DNA of 64,000 bases from the NCBI GenBank assembly GCA_028819495.1, contig JAPPLI010000100.1, positions 4,190 through 68,189 of the forward strand, read 5' to 3'. Of the stretch, positions 58,125 through 64,000 are shown in pieces. Origin of the DNA: Gammaproteobacteria bacterium (GTDB taxonomy: Bacteria; Pseudomonadota; Gammaproteobacteria; Eutrophobiales; Eutrophobiaceae). The position numbers and the translations under genes were made by a program. The number at the start of each line of letters is the position of its first letter. The first letter of the stretch is position 1. Below the pieces are notes generated by a model that worked only from the letters and a program-made list of their open reading frames with translations, was not told the origin of the DNA and searched no databases.

Positions 58125-59423
58125 CTACCGGCCCAGGCCCAGTATGCCAAAACAGATATAGCTCACACCGAACAGCCCCATGGACAAAATACCCAGCCAA
58201 CTCCACGTTTCCATTATTTTACCGGGGCGATGCTCCGGTGGGAGAGCTGTTGAAAACATGGCGCGGTGATTCAAAAATGCTATCAACGGAGCGGTAACAA
58301 AGGCGATGCTGGTGGCAAAATCGACGAAAGCCCTGAAGGAGCTTGCAAACAGCATGAGTAAAACCAGGGCGCCGCTGCACTGGATGATGACAAGCAGCGC
58401 GTAGTGCTTGTTCTCCTGGTCCATCAGTTCCCCGAAGCGCCGCGGCACCGTCCGGCCTGCCCGTTCCGCGCCGGCCTGTTTCCGGTAGCTGATCAACACC
58501 CCGATGACGCGTGGGCAGGCATCGACAACCGCCAACAATGAAGACACCATCACAACGACGACGACCAGGGAGATGATCGGATAGGCAAAGCCGCCGATGG
58601 AAGTGGTAAACAGGGAGATCAGCTGCGCGGCAAAGCCATTGGGCGAATCCGCCACGGCAAGGCCCGGCTGGTACATGAGCACGGTTCCCAGGATCAGGAA
58701 ACCGAAAGCCAGCAGGGTCGATATGACATAGCCGAGGTTGAAATCAAAACGCGCATCCGCGGGGTTGAAAGGCGCGCCCATATCCCTTGACTTGGCGCAC
58801 ACCCAGAGCGACTGAAATACCGACACAATCAGCGCGGTAGGCATGACGCCCGACAACGCAATAATAAACAGCAAGGTAGCCCGGTCAAACTCCCCGGGCA
58901 GCGTTAACGAAGCTTCCTGCCAGTTGACGCCGGACAATGCCAGGGTGGTGGCCACTACTATAAGGACCAGCAACAGGGCTACAAAGCCCTTGGAGACCTG
59001 TTCGAAAACATGGTATTTGCCCGCGATCAGCAACGCCGCGCAAAGCGCCAGGAGAATCATTACGACCAGTTTCGGGTCGAGGCTCAGCGACAGGGCACTG
59101 CCGACCAGCCCGGCGCTGACCAGGGCAAGGGCGGCCGTGCCGACAAACATGCTGATGAGCAGGTCAAGACCAAGCACCAGGATCGCCCAGGGGCCCTGGC
59201 GGAAATAGTTGTCAACCAGGCTTTGCCCGGTCGCCGCGGCATATTCGGAACCGAAACGGAAAGCCGGATATTTGATGGCGCAGGCAAGCAGGATGAAACC
59301 GGCCAGCGCCAGGCCGAAATCCGCGCCGGCCCGGGTCGCCTGCACCAGGTGCGAGATGCCTATGGCAGTGGCGGCAAAAATTATGCCGGGGCCGAGTTTG
59401 GCGCTCAGGGAATTAAGTGACAT
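58125..59423 (-). CDS. NRAMP-like/APC-fold transporter
   Basis: LGPGIIFAATAIGISHLVQATRAGA N-terminal motif; many TM segments. Confidence 0.8.
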   Translation of the reverse strand: MSLNSLSAKLGPGIIFAATAIGISHLVQATRAGADFGLALAGFILLACAIKYPAFRFGSEYAAATGQSLVDNYFRQGPWAILVLGLDLLISMFVGTAALALVSAGLVGSALSLSLDPKLVVMILLALCAALLIAGKYHVFEQVSKGFVALLLVLIVVATTLALSGVNWQEASLTLPGEFDRATLLFIIALSGVMPTALIVSVFQSLWVCAKSRDMGAPFNPADARFDFNLGYVISTLLAFGFLILGTVLMYQPGLAVADSPNGFAAQLISLFTTSIGGFAYPIISLVVVVVMVSSLLAVVDACPRVIGVLISYRKQAGAERAGRTVPRRFGELMDQENKHYALLVIIQCSGALVLLMLFASSFRAFVDFATSIAFVTAPLIAFLNHRAMFSTALPPEHRPGKIMETWSWLGILSMGLFGVSYICFGILGLGR

Positions 59424-59559
59424 TTATTTATCGATAAAATCTCTTGCGCCAGCAGCAGTTCCCGCTTGCTCTCCCGGGATGAAAGCGCCCTCATACGGTT
59501 AGGATAGCCCGGATTCGGGTATGGATAAACTGTTACGACACAGTCTGATTCTGAGAGTC

Positions 59560-59588
59560 TTGACACTCTACATCGATAGTGCTATCGT
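59560..59588 (+). promoter_or_regulatory. Sigma70 promoter of vapBC with an overlapping palindromic operator
   Basis: TTGACA-N17-TATCGT with extended TG; CGATAG-TG-CTATCG at 59574-59587. Confidence 0.6.
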
Positions 59589-59620
59589 AATACGGTATAT
59601 CTTTCGATGGAAAATCACCC

Positions 59621-59827
59621 ATGACTACCGTTACCGTCTCACCAAAATACCAAGTCGTAATTCCCAAAGAAATCAGGGAGGCAAGCGGAATTGTCTCGGG
59701 ACAGAAAGTTCAGCTGATCAGTTACCGAAACCGGATACAACTTATTCCGATAGAGCCGATGGAGAACTTGAGAGGCTTCCTGAAAGGCATTGATACGAAT
59801 GTAGAACGCGACAAAGATCGGCTATGA
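59621..59827 (+). CDS. vapB: AbrB/MazE-fold antitoxin
   Basis: VTVSPKYQVVIPKEIRE; ATGA overlap with the PIN gene. Confidence 0.88.
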   Translation: MTTVTVSPKYQVVIPKEIREASGIVSGQKVQLISYRNRIQLIPIEPMENLRGFLKGIDTNVERDKDRL

Positions 59828-60195
59828 ATATAGTCGACTCGTCCGGATGGTTGTCCTATTTTGCCAGCGATAAAAATTCACGATCTTTTGCCGACCCGAT
59901 CGGAAAATTGGAAGAGTTGCTGGTACCCAGTATTACCCTGACTGAAGTTTTTAAGAATATTCTGCGTCAAGGAAACGAGGAGGCAGCCTTGCGAGCCATT
60001 GCGCATATGGAACAAGGGAAGGTTGTTCCTCTGAATGAAGAGTTGGCTGTGGATGCCGCTTATTTCGGAGTTGAATACAAACTGCCCCTGGCTGATAGCA
60101 TTATTTACGCAACGGCGCACAGGTATGAGGCCATGGTGTGGACCCAGGATGCAGATTTCAGGGATTTGAAAAACGTCAGGTATTATCCGAAATAA
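59824..60195 (+). CDS. vapC: PIN-domain toxin
   Basis: IVDSSGW, E, LADSIIYATA, WTQDADF. Confidence 0.9.
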   Translation: MNIVDSSGWLSYFASDKNSRSFADPIGKLEELLVPSITLTEVFKNILRQGNEEAALRAIAHMEQGKVVPLNEELAVDAAYFGVEYKLPLADSIIYATAHRYEAMVWTQDADFRDLKNVRYYPK

Positions 60196-60207
60196 CCGGG
60201 GCATTTG

Positions 60208-61845
60208 TTACGGTTTTTCGTAAACTACTTTCCCATCCAGGATGGTCTTCAACACCTGGGTTGCACCGATCTCCTTGCTGGGTATTTCCAGTATATTCCG
60301 GTCGATTACGATCATGTTGGCTGTTTTGCCGGCTTCGATGCTCCCCATGTTGTCCAGGTTGTTACTAACCCTTGCGGGATTGCGGGTATAAAACTCCAGC
60401 GCGGTCTCAACCGGCAGGGATTCATCGCCGCGCTGAACGATGCCCTGGATGGGTGGAAACGGGTTAAATGATTCAACAACCGCATAGTCCGAACCAACCG
60501 TGATCAGGGCGCCATGACCGTGTAATGAGCGGAACTGGTAACCGTCGCTGCCCAAAATACTGCCCGGGCTCCAGAAATAGGGAGACATTTCCGCAGTTGC
60601 ATAGAGTTCGGCAAATCGTGGAAGGTCGGTTTCAGAGACGTCCGACGTGTGTCCGATTTCATGCCAAATACCGCTGTCGCCGTTGGCTTTCCTGACAGCT
60701 TCGATGGCGTCCAGCCCTACGCGCACCGCGCCGTCCCCGGCGGCATGCATTTTTACCCTGAGCCCGGCCCGGTCCCATTCGGTTATTTTCCGCGCCAGCA
60801 CGTCACGCGGGATCAACAGGTTGGTCTCGTCCACTTCGCCGTCCGCGCCGATGGGGACGTGGGTAAAGACCGGCGGCACCGGCACCCCATCGAGAAACAG
60901 CTTTATCCCGTTCGAGGAGATATGCGGCGTTGCATACTTTGCGCGATCGGCAATCTGCGCTTCCTGGGCCTGCCGGCCAGGACCTCCCTCGGGGTTCCAG
61001 CCATGGTGCAGGTGGATATACGGCATTGGCCTTCCGGCGCGGTCCAGTTCGCCCAGCATTTCGAGCATGTCGCGGTCGAAACTGAAGGCGTCCTGCACCG
61101 ACGTCAACCCGGCGGCCAGCAACTCCAGCGACAGATCTTCAAGGGCGGCCTTTACCAGATCGCGCGGGTAAGGGGGAATGTGTGCCCGGACCAGCCATAT
61201 TGCGCTTACCTCGGCAAGCACGCCGGTTTGCGGATGTTTCACAATCACACCTCCCTCCGGTGGCTCTGTGTCCCTGTCGATACCGGCAATCTCCAGCGCC
61301 CTGGCATTCACCAGGCGCGTGTGCATGGTAACATCCCTGATAAGGACAGGCGTGTCCGGGAACACTTCGTTCAACAGGTCATTGCTCAGCGGCGAGTCGC
61401 CCCACATTTCCATATTGTTAATGAGCACCCATGGATAGCCCTCTACACGCCGGGTCTTGCAGTATTCCAGGGTTTCCCTCAATTGTTCCGGCTTGAACGG
61501 ACCCGGCGTGCAGTCCAGGGCATTGGTCACGCTCAGGTAATGAAAGTGCGCATCATGCAGACCGGGCAGGGCCATGGCGCCGTTGAGATCGTATTTTTCT
61601 GTTTCCGCGCCGGCCAACGCCAACATGTCCGCGTTGTTTCCCACTGCCAGAAACCTGCCGTCTTTGACGGCTACCGCTTCCGCCCAGGAACGCCGGTCGT
61701 CGAGAGTATATATTTTCCCGCCATAATAGACGGCATCTGCGGGCGCCCTGCTCCCTGGCGCTTCAGGCGCGCCGGTTTCATTCTGGCAGGCGCTCAGCGC
61801 CAGATGAAAAACAAAGGTGAGTAATATAGTTTTATCAACGTTCAT
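60208..61845 (-). CDS. Amidohydrolase (YtcJ-like) lipoprotein
   Basis: Lipobox LSAC; PGLHDAHFH, KLFLDG, HAAGD, GSD, GSIEAGKTAN. Confidence 0.88.
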   Translation of the reverse strand: MNVDKTILLTFVFHLALSACQNETGAPEAPGSRAPADAVYYGGKIYTLDDRRSWAEAVAVKDGRFLAVGNNADMLALAGAETEKYDLNGAMALPGLHDAHFHYLSVTNALDCTPGPFKPEQLRETLEYCKTRRVEGYPWVLINNMEMWGDSPLSNDLLNEVFPDTPVLIRDVTMHTRLVNARALEIAGIDRDTEPPEGGVIVKHPQTGVLAEVSAIWLVRAHIPPYPRDLVKAALEDLSLELLAAGLTSVQDAFSFDRDMLEMLGELDRAGRPMPYIHLHHGWNPEGGPGRQAQEAQIADRAKYATPHISSNGIKLFLDGVPVPPVFTHVPIGADGEVDETNLLIPRDVLARKITEWDRAGLRVKMHAAGDGAVRVGLDAIEAVRKANGDSGIWHEIGHTSDVSETDLPRFAELYATAEMSPYFWSPGSILGSDGYQFRSLHGHGALITVGSDYAVVESFNPFPPIQGIVQRGDESLPVETALEFYTRNPARVSNNLDNMGSIEAGKTANMIVIDRNILEIPSKEIGATQVLKTILDGKVVYEKP

Positions 61846-61850
61846 ATCGA

Positions 61851-61990
61851 TTATTCCTGTTGTGAGCGATCGTAGATTACCTTGCCATTGAACAAGGTCC
61901 GGTCGACGAGTGTCTCGCCGACCCGGTGCGCCTGGTTTTGTCCCGCCAACTCTTCGAAAAAGGGCACCACTGCAACATTGTCCGCATAAG
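61851..61990 (-). pseudogene. C-terminal remnant of a second amidohydrolase
   Basis: Manual translation ...VGETLVDRTLFNGKVIYDR...stop resembles the neighbour's C-terminus IGATQVLKTILDGKVVYE. Confidence 0.55.
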
Positions 61991-62012
61991 GCAACATCCA
62001 GCTATCCCCCGG

Positions 62013-62106
62013 ACCATTCCTGCGGAAACAGGACTCCAGCCTGAAAACTATTCTCTGTAAAGAAGAATACCATTTATACTGGATTCCGGGTCAAGCCCGG
62101 AATGAC
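62013..62106. repeat. Inverted pair of (GT)CATTCC...GGAATCCAG-type REP hairpins
   Basis: CCATTCCTGCGGAAACAGGACTCCAG ... CTGGATTCCGGGTCAAGCCCGGAATGAC. Confidence 0.6.
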
Positions 62107-62224
62107 AGCGGAGGCGCCCGGCGACTTTGAGATTGCCCTGGGTTGATAGCATTGATTTTATTGTGGTCTTCTTCCAGCATGTGGATTATAATAGCTAGGG
62201 CAATCCATATAATGATGTTTGCTT

Positions 62225-62458
62225 ATGAAAACAGTACAGATGACACTGGATGAAGAACTGTTGCACTCGGTTGATCAACTGGCCAGGGAGTTGAAGACGA
62301 CCCGTTCGGCTTTTGCGCGTTTTGCCTTGCAGAAGGCCATTGACTATTACCAGGTTCTGCGACAGGAAGAGAAACACCGAAAAGGCTACGAGGCTTATCC
62401 CGTAGCTGATGAAGAGTTCGACGTCTGGGAAGAAGAACAGGAGTGGGGGGATAATTGA
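62225..62458 (+). CDS. CopG/RHH antitoxin
   Basis: MKTVQMTLDEELL...RSAFAR, acidic C-terminal tail; overlaps the toxin start. Confidence 0.85.
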   Translation: MKTVQMTLDEELLHSVDQLARELKTTRSAFARFALQKAIDYYQVLRQEEKHRKGYEAYPVADEEFDVWEEEQEWGDN

Positions 62459-62766
62459 ACAGGGGTGAAATCAGGTGGTACAAATTCAGGGCGCCGGACA
62501 AAAAGCGTCCGGTTCTCATATTGACCCGTTCTGCGGTGTTGGAGTACCTGGGTGAAGTGACAGTTGCCCCCGTAACCTCCACAATCAGGGACATTCCCAG
62601 TGAGGTTGTACTGACAGAAAACGACGGTATGCCGCATGAATGCGCGATTAACTTTGATCACATTCAGACAGTGTCCAGGGGCAAACTCGGCGCTCATATC
62701 ACATCACTCTCACAAAACAGGCTTGTGGAGGTAAAAAAGGCCATCCTGTTCGCCCTGGGGTTGTGA
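62455..62766 (+). CDS. mazF: PemK/MazF toxin
   Basis: RGEIRW...KKRPVLIL, VAPVTST, INFDHIQTV. Confidence 0.9.
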   Translation: MNRGEIRWYKFRAPDKKRPVLILTRSAVLEYLGEVTVAPVTSTIRDIPSEVVLTENDGMPHECAINFDHIQTVSRGKLGAHITSLSQNRLVEVKKAILFALGL

Positions 62767-63305
62767 TGATTCCGGCGATTTTCCTTGTATTGTTCTCCAC
62801 CGCCGCCTGGGCCGCTGAGGAGGTAACCGTTGAACGCGTCTCCTCGGAGGTGGTCGACGGCGCCTGCTACGTGGATGCGCGCATCAACTTCAACCTGCAT
62901 GACGACCTGCTGGAAGCGCTCGACCATGGCGTGGAACTGGACGCGCGCATCATCATCAGGGTCAGGGAAAAGCGCAAGTGGCTTTGGGACCGGCTCTACA
63001 AGGAGGATGTCATCAAGTTCAAACTCGACCATCTGCTGCTGTCAAACGTCTATATAGTTACCGATGTCCGCAATTCCCGGCAGCGCCAGTTCGATACCCT
63101 GGGAAATGCGCTAAAATACATGGGAACGCTGGATCGATACCTGTTATTCGACAACAAGAATATCGACACAAGAACAAACCTGGTTGGTTCGCTGAAAACC
63201 GTGTTGAACGTGAAAAACCTCCCTGAGCCGTTGAAACCTGTTGCCTCCCTGTTCAACAAGTGGCAATCGGACGGCAAATGGCACAAGTGGACAATCATAG
63301 AATGA
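62763..63305 (+). CDS. DUF4390 family exported protein
   Basis: Signal peptide; EALDHGVEL, LPEPLKP; conserved position before ntrY. Confidence 0.8.
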   Translation: MMIPAIFLVLFSTAAWAAEEVTVERVSSEVVDGACYVDARINFNLHDDLLEALDHGVELDARIIIRVREKRKWLWDRLYKEDVIKFKLDHLLLSNVYIVTDVRNSRQRQFDTLGNALKYMGTLDRYLLFDNKNIDTRTNLVGSLKTVLNVKNLPEPLKPVASLFNKWQSDGKWHKWTIIE

Positions 63306-64000
63306 AATCCGGGCTACCCGGGCTGGGCGGCGGACGATTGATACTGCTGACGGGTGTGCTGCTGTTCGCCTGCATGCTGACTTCATTGGTGATCCTGAGC
63401 AAGGCCCTGCAGAACCCGGCGCAGTTCGATGAATTCTATACCGGCCTGCTGATTTTCAACACCCTGGGACTGCTGGCCCTGGTCATACTGATCGGCCTCA
63501 ATATCCGCAGCCTGATCAACCAGGCCAGGGAACGCATCGCCGGTGCCCGGCTGACGGTGCGCATGGTTACCATGTTCGCGATCCTGTCGGTCACGCCGGT
63601 ACTCATCCTCTACTACTTCTCCCTGGATTTCCTGTACCGGGGCATCGACAGCTGGTTCGACCTGCGCGTGGAACAGGCGCTGGATGACTCGCTGGAGTTG
63701 AGCCGGCTCGGCCTGGAGGAGCGTATGAAGGAACTCCTCAGGCAGTCTGAGGAAATGGCTGAAGAGATAGCGCGGACCCCTGACGCGTCGATCCCCCTTG
63801 AAGTCGACCGCCTGCGCACACGGAGCGGCGCCGATGAACTGACCGTGATTACGAGACAGGGGATTATTATCGGTTCCAGTTCGGCAAACCCGGACAACCT
63901 GGTACCGGAATCACCCGACGACAGCGTACTGTTCCAGGTTTTGCAGGGCAACAGTTATATCGGTATGGACACCATCAGAAACGCCGGGTTGTCCTTCCGG
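63302..64000 (+). CDS. ntrY: NtrY-like sensor histidine kinase (5' part, runs off the window)
   Basis: Not in the ORF track; manual translation from ATG 63302 gives TM helices and GARLTVRMV...GIDSWFDLRVEQALDDSLEL. Confidence 0.85.
   Translation, partial: MKSGLPGLGGGRLILLTGVLLFACMLTSLVILSKALQNPAQFDEFYTGLLIFNTLGLLALVILIGLNIRSLINQARERIAGARLTVRMVTMFAILSVTPVLILYYFSLDFLYRGIDSWFDLRVEQALDDSLELSRLGLEERMKELLRQSEEMAEEIARTPDASIPLEVDRLRTRSGADELTVITRQGIIIGSSSANPDNLVPESPDDSVLFQVLQGNSYIGMDTIRNAGLSFR

Noticed and set aside
28550-61824. Other long antisense ORFs (28550-29629, 37979-39028, 40014-40820, 60649-61824)
   Set aside because: They overlap well-supported genes on the opposite strand and have no family signatures

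Overview
Bacterial chromosome window, most likely from a gammaproteobacterium (inferred from the tsaC-purE-topA-dprA / def-fmt-rsmB ... DUF4390-ntrY core block). Core genes occupy about 36-44 kb and 62.8-64 kb. The rest is accessory: four TonB-dependent-receptor loci with catabolic enzymes (aromatic keto-acids, a thiolase/DUF35 pair, nucleosides, polyamine/amine compounds) and several defence or toxin-antitoxin modules (AbiL-like AAA_21+RloB, an RHH/DUF6036 nucleotidyltransferase pair, VapBC, MazEF). The strongest novelty candidate is a stand-alone 77-aa colicin-E3-type RNase coupled to a partner that does not resemble Im3. Intergenic DNA is dense in short palindromic elements: about 15 complete copies of a GGGGTCAGAGT...ACTCTGACCCC family, a GGGGACGGA family, an IS5-like MITE and others. 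Other oddities: a duplicated, synonymously diverged rsmB start flanking a palindrome; a 16-bp tandem duplication that frameshifts a TonB receptor; and a roughly 18-kb insertion between rsmB and DUF4390-ntrY that leaves mazEF overlapping the ntrY operon. I saw no rRNA, tRNA, CRISPR array, integrase or transposase. All family calls come from motif recognition by eye, not database searches.
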